From Acetothermia bacterium UBA3571 (lineage in GTDB: Bacteria; Bipolaricaulota; Bipolaricaulia; Bipolaricaulales; Bipolaricaulaceae): 64,000 nt of DNA. Shown here in pieces: positions 47,406 to 56,050 of the stretch. The notes under the pieces are model-generated. The model was given only the letters and a program-made list of their open reading frames with translations. It had not been told where the DNA came from and did no database searches. Numbering within the stretch: position 1 is the stretch's first letter; every line of letters starts with the position of its first letter. A program made the translations under genes and the position numbers. Where the stretch lies: the NCBI GenBank assembly GCA_002375995.1, contig DFNI01000011.1:13333-77332 (forward strand), written 5' to 3'.

Positions 47406-48099
47406 CTTCCGTGACCCGCACGATCAGCTCCCCCAGGAACCGCCGTTGGGTGAGCACCACCTTGCCCTCTGCGTCCAGGTGCAGAAGCTCCATGAACCTG
47501 GCTACCACTTCCCCGGGGTCCTCCTGGGAAAGGAGCATCCGGAAGGGGACCTCGCGTTTGCCGTTGAGCATGGCAAGGAGGCGCTTGAAGAGGCGCTTGG
47601 CTCGCACGGAGAAGGGCTCCCCCTGGGGGACCGGCACCTCTGGCTTTGTGCGTTTCCTCCCCCTGCGTTTTTTTTGTTTTTCCTGGGCCAACGCGGCCCT
47701 GAGGGCCCGCTCCAACTCCGCCAGGGTTACCTTCCGGCGGGGACGCCGCACCACCGGGAGCCGGAGCTCTGGGGCGATGTACACCCCCTCCTCGGGGAGG
47801 AAGTCCGCTTCCTCCGCGGCCAGGGCGAGGTCCTCTGTGTGGTGTCCGTTTCCGTTGCCGTTCCGCCCGTTGAGCTCCCGCAAAACCTCTGACTTGAGCC
47901 GCAAAAGCACCGCCCCCACCAGCAACATCCGCCCCGGGACCTCCAGCTCCAGGGCCCGGACTTCCTGTAGGTACTCCCGGAACCGCCGCACCAGCTCCAC
48001 GATGTCGATGTCCCAGGGATCCATGTCGGCGGTCAGGGCCCTGAGCACCGTCTCCCAGTCCGCCCGTGCTAGCCGCTCCGGGGATATCTCAACGCGCAT
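47380..48099 (-). CDS. scpA: Segregation and condensation protein A
   Basis: ScpA-family N-terminal DMDPWDIDIVELV region; overlaps smc and scpB. Confidence 0.85.
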   Translation of the reverse strand: MRVEISPERLARADWETVLRALTADMDPWDIDIVELVRRFREYLQEVRALELEVPGRMLLVGAVLLRLKSEVLRELNGRNGNGNGHHTEDLALAAEEADFLPEEGVYIAPELRLPVVRRPRRKVTLAELERALRAALAQEKQKKRRGRKRTKPEVPVPQGEPFSVRAKRLFKRLLAMLNGKREVPFRMLLSQEDPGEVVARFMELLHLDAEGKVVLTQRRFLGELIVRVTEDGKRKGRR

Positions 48100-50581
48100 T
48101 TCCCACCAACTCCACCGCCACCACGTGGGAGGAGCCGCCCCGCATGGTCACTCCGTACACCCGGTCGGCGTGCCGGATGAGCTCCTCGTTGTGGGAGATC
48201 ACGATCACCTGGGCTTCCCGGGCGATCTCCTTGAGTAACCCCGCCAGCCTTTCCGAGTTGGGTTTATCTAGCGCCGCGTCCACCTCGTCGAAGAGGTAGA
48301 AGGGGGCCGGCTTCCCCGCCGAAAGCGCGAGGATAAACGCGATCGCCACCAGGGTCTTCTCCCCGCCCGAGAGGGCGTCCAGGAGCTTGGGTTCTTTCCC
48401 GGGAGGACGGGCCCGCACCAAGAGCCCCGAGGAGAGGTCCTCCGGGTCCTCTAGGGAAAGCCCCGCTTCCCCCCCGCCGAAAAGCTGCACGAACCGGCGG
48501 TTGAGCTCCGCCGACACCGCCTCCATGGTGGAGAGGAAACGCTCCTTTTTCTTTCGCTCGATGTCGGCGATCAGGGTCTCGATCTCCCGCTTCTCCCGCT
48601 CTAAGGTCTGAACCCTCTCCTTGAACGCCTGGAACTCCGAAAGGTACGCTTCGTACTCCTCGATGGCCCGCATGTTCACCGGCCCGAACGAGGAGAGCTG
48701 GGATTCCAGCTCCCGGAGGCGGGACTGGAGGGCGTTGACCGATCCCTCGACCGGTTCACTCGGCTCCGGGGCCTCGCCGATCAGGGCCAGCTTCCCCTGG
48801 ATCTCCCCCAGTTCCCGCTCGTAGCGGGCGTGCATGCTGCGGGCCCGCTCCAGCGCCCGGTAGACCTCCTTCCGCCGCTCCCTGAGGGCCGAAAGCTCCT
48901 CCTCCCGCTTGGAACGGGTTTTCTTGCGCTGGGCTTGGCGGAGGCTCGCGCGGTGGAGCTCCTCCTCCGCTTCCCGGGCCTCCCGCTGGAGCCGGGCGAT
49001 CTCCCCTCGCAGCCGGGTGAGTTCCTCCCGCAGGCGCTGGATCTGGGCCTCCCGGCCGGAGAGGTCCGGCCCCCGGGGGACACGCTTCCGGCGGAACCCC
49101 CCGGATATGGCACCGCCCCGCTCGAGCAGATCCCCGTCCAGGCTCACCGCCCGCACCCCCAACACGTCCCGCAGTACCTCCAGGGACTCCACCACCACCG
49201 TGTCCGCGAGCACGTACTGAAACGCGGGCACCACCTCGGGATCGCAGCGCAAAAGCTCCACCAGAAGCCCAAGGACCCCCTCCCGCCCCAAAAGCCCCTT
49301 CGCCTTGGGGGAGATGGGGGGTGGGGAAAGTTTGTCCAGGGGGAGGAACCGGGCGCGGCCGATCTCGTTCTCCTTCAGGTACCTCAGACACTCCAGGGCC
49401 ACATCCCGGGTGGACACCACGATATCGTGGGCATGTCCCCCCAGAGCCGCCTCCAGGGCCACTTGGAGCTCCGTGTCCACTTCCCCCAGGTCCCCCAGCA
49501 TCCCGACGACCCCGTCCCAACCCAGGGAGAGGATCTCCTGAACCGCCTCGGGGATGCGGCGGGGAGGGGGGGAAAGGCGCTTTATCTCCTCCAGGGCCTC
49601 GACGAGCGAGCGGATCTCCCGCTCCTTGGCTTTGGCCTCCGCTTCCTTGGCGGCTAGCTCCCCTCGCAGCCGCTCCACCCGCTGGACAAGCTGTAACACC
49701 TCGCGGTCACTTCCGGGCTCCCCGGCCTCCGTTTCCTTTTCCCTGAGCTCCCACTCGATCTCTTCCACCTTGCGGTCGAGGGACGCCACTTCCTCGGCCA
49801 GGGCCTCGGCTTCCTTCTTGTAGCGACGGAGCTCCTCCTTGACCTTGGCCTCGGCTTCCTTCAGCTCCCGGAAGCGGAGGTACTTCAGGGTGGCGAGGAC
49901 CCGCTCCCTTTCCGCCTCGAGCTCCCGGTACTTGAGGGCTGCCTCCCGTTCGCGGTGAAGCTCCACCAGGTGACGGCGCCGCTCGGCGAGCAAGATCCGG
50001 GAGGCGTTGAGCCTCTCCTTCACCTGGGCCAGCTCCGCGATGGCCTTGGCCTTGCGCTCCTCGTAAGCGGCAATCCCTGCCACCTCTTCGATGAGCTCCC
50101 GTCGACGTCTGGGAGAGCGCTCGAGGACTTCCGTGACCATGCCCTGTTCCACGATGTAGTGCCCTCCGGGCTCAATCCCCCCCAAGGAAAGCAGCCGCTC
50201 CACATCTCCCGCGGGGACCACCTTGCCCATGATCCGGTAGGTGGAGGAGGTAGCAGTGATGCGGCGGGAGAGGATCACCTCATCGGTGTGCTCGGGGAGG
50301 AGCTCGTCGAAGGCGCCGGAGGAGTTGTCGAGGACCAAGGAGACCTCGGCCTCGGGGACCGTGCCTTTCTTGGGGTTAGTGTAGAGGAGATGTTCGATCC
50401 TCCCGGCCCTGAGGGCCCGGGAGCGATACCCCATCACGAAGGTAATGGCGTCCAGGATGTTGGATTTCCCGGTCCCGTTTTCCCCCACGATGGCGGTAAA
50501 CCCGGGGTAAAAAGGGATGGAGGTTTTCTTCCCGAAGGACTTGAACCCCTGGATGGTGAGGTTCTTGATGTAGGTCCTCAT
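48089..50581 (-). CDS. smc: Chromosome partition protein SMC (unusually short, 830 aa)
   Basis: N-terminal Walker A GENGTGKSNILDA, central hinge (GWDGVVGMLGDLGEVD...), C-terminal signature LSGGEKTLVAIAF and Walker B LFDEVDAALD. Confidence 0.85.
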   Translation of the reverse strand: MRTYIKNLTIQGFKSFGKKTSIPFYPGFTAIVGENGTGKSNILDAITFVMGYRSRALRAGRIEHLLYTNPKKGTVPEAEVSLVLDNSSGAFDELLPEHTDEVILSRRITATSSTYRIMGKVVPAGDVERLLSLGGIEPGGHYIVEQGMVTEVLERSPRRRRELIEEVAGIAAYEERKAKAIAELAQVKERLNASRILLAERRRHLVELHREREAALKYRELEAERERVLATLKYLRFRELKEAEAKVKEELRRYKKEAEALAEEVASLDRKVEEIEWELREKETEAGEPGSDREVLQLVQRVERLRGELAAKEAEAKAKEREIRSLVEALEEIKRLSPPPRRIPEAVQEILSLGWDGVVGMLGDLGEVDTELQVALEAALGGHAHDIVVSTRDVALECLRYLKENEIGRARFLPLDKLSPPPISPKAKGLLGREGVLGLLVELLRCDPEVVPAFQYVLADTVVVESLEVLRDVLGVRAVSLDGDLLERGGAISGGFRRKRVPRGPDLSGREAQIQRLREELTRLRGEIARLQREAREAEEELHRASLRQAQRKKTRSKREEELSALRERRKEVYRALERARSMHARYERELGEIQGKLALIGEAPEPSEPVEGSVNALQSRLRELESQLSSFGPVNMRAIEEYEAYLSEFQAFKERVQTLEREKREIETLIADIERKKKERFLSTMEAVSAELNRRFVQLFGGGEAGLSLEDPEDLSSGLLVRARPPGKEPKLLDALSGGEKTLVAIAFILALSAGKPAPFYLFDEVDAALDKPNSERLAGLLKEIAREAQVIVISHNEELIRHADRVYGVTMRGGSSHVVAVELVGNAR

Positions 50582-50774
50582 GTCTCCTCGAAGAGGGGGA
50601 GTTGAAACACCCGCACGGGCTTCTCCGAACGCGGCTCCATATTTTCGGGGCGGGCCTCAAAAAGAGGGAGGGGGTAGCTAACCCCCTTGTCATCATGCAC
50701 TTCCATACGGCCGAAGTCCTCAGGCCTTTTCATAACCTGAACCTCCGCATCTTTGTGATGAATATAACATTTAT

Positions 50775-50816
50775 GTGGGGGGACAGCAAAACGGGGAGGG
50801 AACAGTTCCCTCCCCG
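50775..50816 (-). terminator. Putative rho-independent terminator (GGGGAGGGAAC / GTTCCCTCCCC hairpin) downstream of the coiled-coil protein gene
   Basis: Long GC hairpin followed on the minus strand by a U-rich stretch. Confidence 0.45.
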
Positions 50817-50828
50817 CCCGCCTTTCCG

Positions 50829-51650
50829 TCAGCCTCCCGCACCGCCGAGGAACATGTAAGCCAAGGACCCCACGGCCACCAGAAGGGCCAGGATCGCGAT
50901 CCCCTGAGCTCCGCTCAGGGCGCCTTGGAGTTCGTCCAACTTGGCCTGGGTGTCGGCCTGGAAGGACTCGAATTCGGCCTTGGAGACCACCCCGTCGCCC
51001 AGGGCCGCCATCTGGGCCTCCAGGGAACCGATCCGGGCCGAGAGGTCGGCCAACGAGGCCTCGAAGCTCTCTATCTTGGTGCGGTTGTTCTCGATCTTGG
51101 CCTGGAGGGCCTGCACCGCTTGCTCCAACGCCAGGACGCGCCGCTGCAGGTGTCCGAGGTCTTGGTCCTCGAGGCGCTTTATGCGCTTCTCGTGATCGGC
51201 GACCTGGGCCGAGAGCTGCTCCAGGACCGCCTTGACCTCTTTCTCAAGCTGTGCGGTGAGATCGGCGATCTTCTCGGAATGGGACGACAGGGCGTCGGCG
51301 AGGCTCTTCATGGTCTCCTCCACCGAGGCCACCCGGTCCGAGAGGCCAGGGACTTGGTCGCAGACCATCTTGAGCTGGATGATCTTGGCCTCGGCGTCCT
51401 TGAGCTGCACCGCCAGGGCTTGGTACTTGGCGTTGAGCTCCTCGTCCTCGGCGTTCAGGGAAGCGATGGCTCCCTTGAGTTCAGCGATGAAAGCGGAGAA
51501 GAACTCCACCACCTCGCCGAAGGCGGATTCCATAACGGTGATCTCTTCCTCGGCCGCCGGGAGGTTCGCTCCCTGGGGCTCCTCTTCCTGGGCGAGGACG
51601 AGGAACCCGAGGAACGCCCCCACCAGGGCCAACATGAGGATTCTCTTCAT
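50829..51650 (-). CDS. Hypothetical secreted coiled-coil protein with a C-terminal TM anchor
   Basis: Signal peptide MKRILMLALVGAFLGFLVLA; long heptad-repeat region (LEKEVKAVLEQLSAQVADHEKRIKRLEDQ...); C-terminal hydrophobic AILALLVAVGSLAYMFLGG. Confidence 0.5.
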   Translation of the reverse strand: MKRILMLALVGAFLGFLVLAQEEEPQGANLPAAEEEITVMESAFGEVVEFFSAFIAELKGAIASLNAEDEELNAKYQALAVQLKDAEAKIIQLKMVCDQVPGLSDRVASVEETMKSLADALSSHSEKIADLTAQLEKEVKAVLEQLSAQVADHEKRIKRLEDQDLGHLQRRVLALEQAVQALQAKIENNRTKIESFEASLADLSARIGSLEAQMAALGDGVVSKAEFESFQADTQAKLDELQGALSGAQGIAILALLVAVGSLAYMFLGGAGG

Positions 51651-51852
51651 ATCCACAACCCCCTCCTTTCGCACGGGCATCGGGGAGAGCCTACGGGGAA
51701 GCCCCGTTGGGAACACGGGAAGATGGGTTATAGGTGAGGTGGGTTTGTCGCCCCCTTCACGGACAGATGTCCAAGCGGTGGGGATCAAACGTGGCCCCCA
51801 CACGGATATCCCCACGTCCAGCGTCCTCTTGCGAACTCAGGGGATATTGTCC

Positions 51853-52566
51853 TCAACGCTTTGAACCCGCCGCGTCCTTGGCAGCCAACAGCGTGGTCAG
51901 CACCCGTTCCAGATCGTCCTGGCCGTAAAACTTCGGCGACAGGCCACAGGGCGGGGTGATGAGGTCCCCGGGGCGGAAGTCCTTAACCTGGGAGGGTTCG
52001 GTGATACCCCAGGCAACCCTCTTCCCGTGCCGAGGGTAATACCGGGTGATGTCGTAGCGAGAGGCGTCGAAGCTTATGATCTCAATTACATCGCTTTTGA
52101 AGAGGAGATCCCATTGCATATTCCCGCACACGTGTACGCCCGGGATTACGGGGAAGTCGGAAAAGATCGGGCGCCAGAGTTCCTCGAAATCGAACCCCGC
52201 CTGGCCCAAGGCGGGCTCGTCCAAAAACAGGATCACCTCCTCGGCCCGCAGTCCATCCAGGATTGCCTCCACGTGGCGGTAGATCCTGAGAAGGGCTTCA
52301 TCAGGATCGTAACCGGAGAGGATCAAGGTGGCGGGACCGATGGCCTGGACTTTGACCACATCGAACCTGTGGTTTTTGAATTCTGAGAGTGTGGATAGGT
52401 GTCCCGGGTCCTTGATGTAAGAGAGCATAGCGTCGCCGAGGAGGGGAAGTTCAGGGAGGAAGGGGATATCGTGGCGGAGGCTGTACTCCACCGCCGCCCT
52501 CGGGTCTTTAAGCGGAAGGGAGCCGATTTGGGTTATTACCATCCCTCGCTCTTCGTAAAGCACCAT
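51853..52566 (-). CDS. Short cobalamin-independent methionine synthase (MetE C-terminal domain)-like zinc methyltransferase
   Basis: ILFLDEPAL resembles the MetE (I/V)Q(I/V)DEPAL motif; HVCGN and PPCGLSP are plausible His/Cys zinc ligands; only 237 aa. Confidence 0.45.
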   Translation of the reverse strand: MVLYEERGMVITQIGSLPLKDPRAAVEYSLRHDIPFLPELPLLGDAMLSYIKDPGHLSTLSEFKNHRFDVVKVQAIGPATLILSGYDPDEALLRIYRHVEAILDGLRAEEVILFLDEPALGQAGFDFEELWRPIFSDFPVIPGVHVCGNMQWDLLFKSDVIEIISFDASRYDITRYYPRHGKRVAWGITEPSQVKDFRPGDLITPPCGLSPKFYGQDDLERVLTTLLAAKDAAGSKR

Positions 52567-52577
52567 CTGTTTTCTCC

Positions 52578-54026
52578 TTAAAGTTCTCTCAGCTTCGCGA
52601 GGTAGGCCCTATTATCCTTGAGCCAGGCCCTGAGCACACGTCTCCCTATGAAGGCAAAAAATGCGTTCCTAAACTTGAGTCGCGCGGTCCAGGCGATCCC
52701 CCGTGCAACGGAATAAAACCTCTCATACGCCCAGATGGCCAAGGCTTGGAGCCTCCAGGGGGACATGTTCTTCGGGAAGAACACCACATGATGGCCGTCG
52801 TAATGAGCCCAGTTCCGATCGAAAATTCGACCTTCCCCTGCCAATCTTCGGAAAAGGCGTGTGCCCGGAGGAGGAACCAGGACGAAGAACTGAGCTGTGT
52901 CCAACTTCAGGCGGATGGCCCCGCACACCGTGTCAGTTATGGATTCAGGGGTGTCGGCGTCCGCGCCCAAGACAAACATCCCGTGGATCGCGAGCCCTTC
53001 CCGGTGGATCTGGTGAATCCCCTCTGTGATCTCCTCGGGGGACTGCCCCTTCCTCCACTCCAAAAGCGCCGCGGGGTTCAGCGACTCAAGTCCGATGTAA
53101 AGCCGGCGACAGCCCGTCTCTCGCATCAGTCGCAATATCTCGGGCCGTTTGGCCACGGAGATCCTCTCCTGTACCGACCATTTGATCCGCAGCCCCGCCC
53201 TCTTCATCGCCTCCAACAGCGAGAGGGCCCGGGAAGGGTTTGCGGAGAAGTTGTCGTCGACGAAGAAGACGTGCCGGCGGGGAAAGTCCCTCTCTATTCC
53301 CTTGAGTTCTTCCACTACGCCTTCGGGGCTACGATAGCGGATTGTGTGCCCGAACATCCGCACCACGGAGCAAAACTCGCAGTCATGGGGACACCCCCTG
53401 GAAGTTTGCACGGGGATAACGTTCATCCGCTCCGCTCCTTCGATCAAGGAGAAATTGGGGGTAGGGAGGCTATCCAGGTCCTTTACCAGGGGACGGCCGG
53501 GGTTGTGTACCACTTCCTCACCTTCGCGATACGATAACCCAGGAATTTCTCCCAAGGCTCGGCTTTCGGCGCCTTCCCGCAGACATTCCACCAGCATGGG
53601 GAATACCGTTTCCCCCTCGTGTCGCACCACGAAGTCTGCGCCGTGTTCTAACGCTTCCTCGGGCATGAAGGTGACGTGGGGGCCTCCCATCACCACCCAG
53701 ATCCTCCGTCTCGCCTCCCGGGCGATCTCTTTGACCTTGGCCGCGATCTGGTATGCCCGCGGTGCTAAGTTCGTGAGGACAGAGATCCCCACGAGGTCGG
53801 CTTTCGCTACCTCTGACCAATTGACCGGGGTCAATTTCTCACAGAATATCCGCACGAAAAGCCCCGTCCGCCGCAGGATTTCCCCCAGGATCGGAAGCCC
53901 CAAAAGGGGCGTGCGGGCATACGAGAAGAAGTGAAGCCCCGTGTGCGGTTCGATCAAAACGACCCGCTTCAACTCCGGCATGCTTTCCCCTTTTGACACT
54001 TTTACCTCCTCCGCGTGGGCGGGCAA
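52578..54026 (-). CDS. B12-binding domain radical SAM protein (class B radical SAM)
   Basis: N-terminal cobalamin-binding Rossmann-like domain, then the CxxxCxxC radical SAM motif (CPHDCEFCSV); likely start at MPELKRVV. Confidence 0.85.
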   Translation of the reverse strand: MPAHAEEVKVSKGESMPELKRVVLIEPHTGLHFFSYARTPLLGLPILGEILRRTGLFVRIFCEKLTPVNWSEVAKADLVGISVLTNLAPRAYQIAAKVKEIAREARRRIWVVMGGPHVTFMPEEALEHGADFVVRHEGETVFPMLVECLREGAESRALGEIPGLSYREGEEVVHNPGRPLVKDLDSLPTPNFSLIEGAERMNVIPVQTSRGCPHDCEFCSVVRMFGHTIRYRSPEGVVEELKGIERDFPRRHVFFVDDNFSANPSRALSLLEAMKRAGLRIKWSVQERISVAKRPEILRLMRETGCRRLYIGLESLNPAALLEWRKGQSPEEITEGIHQIHREGLAIHGMFVLGADADTPESITDTVCGAIRLKLDTAQFFVLVPPPGTRLFRRLAGEGRIFDRNWAHYDGHHVVFFPKNMSPWRLQALAIWAYERFYSVARGIAWTARLKFRNAFFAFIGRRVLRAWLKDNRAYLAKLREL

Positions 54027-54110
54027 GGGCTAGTTTGGCCCACCTTATAGGTCGGGTCAGTGGTGACGTGGCTGGCCCTGTGCTCCTGCGGGATGGGTTA
54101 AACTGAGGCG

Positions 54111-54716
54111 ATGTCAGGGGGTATGAAGGTGACCGGGCTGAGCGGGGCGATCCTTGCTGGAGGGGAGGGGAAGCGCCTACGGGGGGACAAGGCCCGGTTG
54201 GTAGTAGGCCGAACCCCGGTGCTGGTCCGGCTGGTCAAACTTTTGGAGGACGTCTGTCAGGAAGTGCTGATCGCCATCGGCAAACGGCGTCCGTTGCCCT
54301 TTCCGGTGGGAGTTCGTTTGGTGGAAGACCATTTTCCCGGCAAGGGGCCCCTGGCTGGAATTCACGCGGCCCTCTCCGCTGCTTCGGAAGAGGCCTGTTT
54401 GGTTTTGGCGTGCGACATGCCCTTTGTGCATCGAGAGCTGATCGCCGTTTTGCTCGAGCGGAAAAAGTCCCACCACGCGGTGGTCTTCGGCATAAACGGC
54501 TACCTCGAGCCCTTCCCCGGAATATATCCCCGCTCCCTCCTGCCCCAGCTCGAAGAGGCGTTGAGAAGGGGCGAACTTGGGGTCCAAGGATTCTTGCGCC
54601 GGGCCCCGTGCGTCTTCCTTCCGGAGAGGCTGGCACGCCGAGTAGACCCGAGGCTCATCTCCTTCACCAACGTGAACAGCCCCGAAGACCTTCCCCGGGA
54701 GGAGAGGTGCGTCTGA
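54111..54716 (+). CDS. mobA: Molybdenum cofactor guanylyltransferase
   Basis: LAGGEGKRLRGDKARL and the MobA fold. Confidence 0.85.
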   Translation: MSGGMKVTGLSGAILAGGEGKRLRGDKARLVVGRTPVLVRLVKLLEDVCQEVLIAIGKRRPLPFPVGVRLVEDHFPGKGPLAGIHAALSAASEEACLVLACDMPFVHRELIAVLLERKKSHHAVVFGINGYLEPFPGIYPRSLLPQLEEALRRGELGVQGFLRRAPCVFLPERLARRVDPRLISFTNVNSPEDLPREERCV

Positions 54717-55486
54717 TCAGACTGAGGCGGTACAAACAGGGCGTGTATGAAGAAGTGGAGGATTGGGTAGCCGAAGAGGGACTTTTGGTCCTCCGCATCG
54801 AGGGCGCAGGGGCGAGGAGGTTTGTGATCACCCCGGAAATGATCCGCGAGTTCGTGTACGGACACCTCCTCGGAGCAGGGTTCATCCAGAAGGCAAGCGA
54901 GGTTGCTTCGTACCGCGAGCGTCTGCGTCCGGAGACCGGGATGCCCGGCGAGGTGGTGGAGGTGGAAGTTTCCCTCCGTTCTCCCCTTGGGCCCGTGAGC
55001 ACTGAGGAGGTGATCTGGGCCGCCTGTGGCGCCGAAGTTCCCGAAGGATACAGCCGGTTGAAGCGGCTTTCCCCCCATCCCCTGATCTCCGAGCAGCAGC
55101 TTATCCGCATCCCCAAGCTCGCGGCGGAGAGGTCCGAGGATTTCAAGCTGACCGGGGCGTATCACTACGCGCTCCTCTTCGATCCCGAGCTAAGGCTTCT
55201 GGCTTTGGCCAAGGACATCGGCCGCCACAACGCCGTGGACAAGGTCATCGGACAGGCGCTCCTTGCGGGAGCGGACCTCGAGACAGCGATCCTTTACACC
55301 ACGGGCAGGGTCACGGCCGGGATCGCCCTCAAGGCCCTACAGGCTGGGATCCCTCTGGTGGCTTCCCGCGGGGCAGCGCTTTTGGGAGCGGTGCACTTGG
55401 CCCGGAGGTTCCGCCTGGGCCTTGTGGGGTTCCTGCGGGGGGAGCGGTTCAACCTCTACTGGGGCGCGGGGTGGCTCGGCCGCTGA
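54707..55486 (+). CDS. fdhD: Formate dehydrogenase accessory sulfurtransferase FdhD
   Basis: GRHNAVDKVIGQALLAG motif; GTG start overlaps the mobA stop (RBS GGGAGGAGAGG). Confidence 0.85.
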   Translation: MRLIRLRRYKQGVYEEVEDWVAEEGLLVLRIEGAGARRFVITPEMIREFVYGHLLGAGFIQKASEVASYRERLRPETGMPGEVVEVEVSLRSPLGPVSTEEVIWAACGAEVPEGYSRLKRLSPHPLISEQQLIRIPKLAAERSEDFKLTGAYHYALLFDPELRLLALAKDIGRHNAVDKVIGQALLAGADLETAILYTTGRVTAGIALKALQAGIPLVASRGAALLGAVHLARRFRLGLVGFLRGERFNLYWGAGWLGR

Positions 55487-55515
55487 AGCACCGCATTTTG
55501 CTGTCCCTTTGGCGC

Positions 55516-56031
55516 TCAGCACTCAAGGATTTTTTCGCCGTAAAAGATAAGGCCATCGGGGGCACGGCGGAAAACGAACCCCCGTTTCTCCAGCAAGCGC
55601 ACGATACGCACGTTCTCGGGGACCACTTCCACCAACAAGCGCCGCACCCCGAGGCGGCGGGCTGCATCGACGGCGGCATCCGTCAACAAGCTCCCCAATC
55701 CGAGCCCCTGCCAGGGGTCGGCCACCAAGACGCAGAACTCCGCGATCCCCTCCGCAAGGCATAGGCATAGCCGCGCTTCCCCCAAGATCTTCCCTTGCCT
55801 TTCGGCGATCAGGATGAAATCGTTTCCCGGATCACAACGGCAAAAGTCCTCGGGACGGGCAAGGATGGTGTCGCGGCGACGGAGCTCGAACCGCCTCCAA
55901 AGCGTCTCCGGGCTACAGTTCCGGATCATCTCACACCAGGCCGAAAGGTCCCTATCGGGGCGGAAGGGGCGCAGCACCACCTCGCTTCCGTCCCGCAGCG
56001 TCACCCGCTGCGACACAAACACACGCGACAT
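55516..56031 (-). CDS. GNAT family N-acetyltransferase
   Basis: Acetyl-CoA binding motif (QGLGLGSLL...). Confidence 0.8.
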   Translation of the reverse strand: MSRVFVSQRVTLRDGSEVVLRPFRPDRDLSAWCEMIRNCSPETLWRRFELRRRDTILARPEDFCRCDPGNDFILIAERQGKILGEARLCLCLAEGIAEFCVLVADPWQGLGLGSLLTDAAVDAARRLGVRRLLVEVVPENVRIVRLLEKRGFVFRRAPDGLIFYGEKILEC

Positions 56032-56050
56032 ACAAGCTCCCGAAGAAGCT

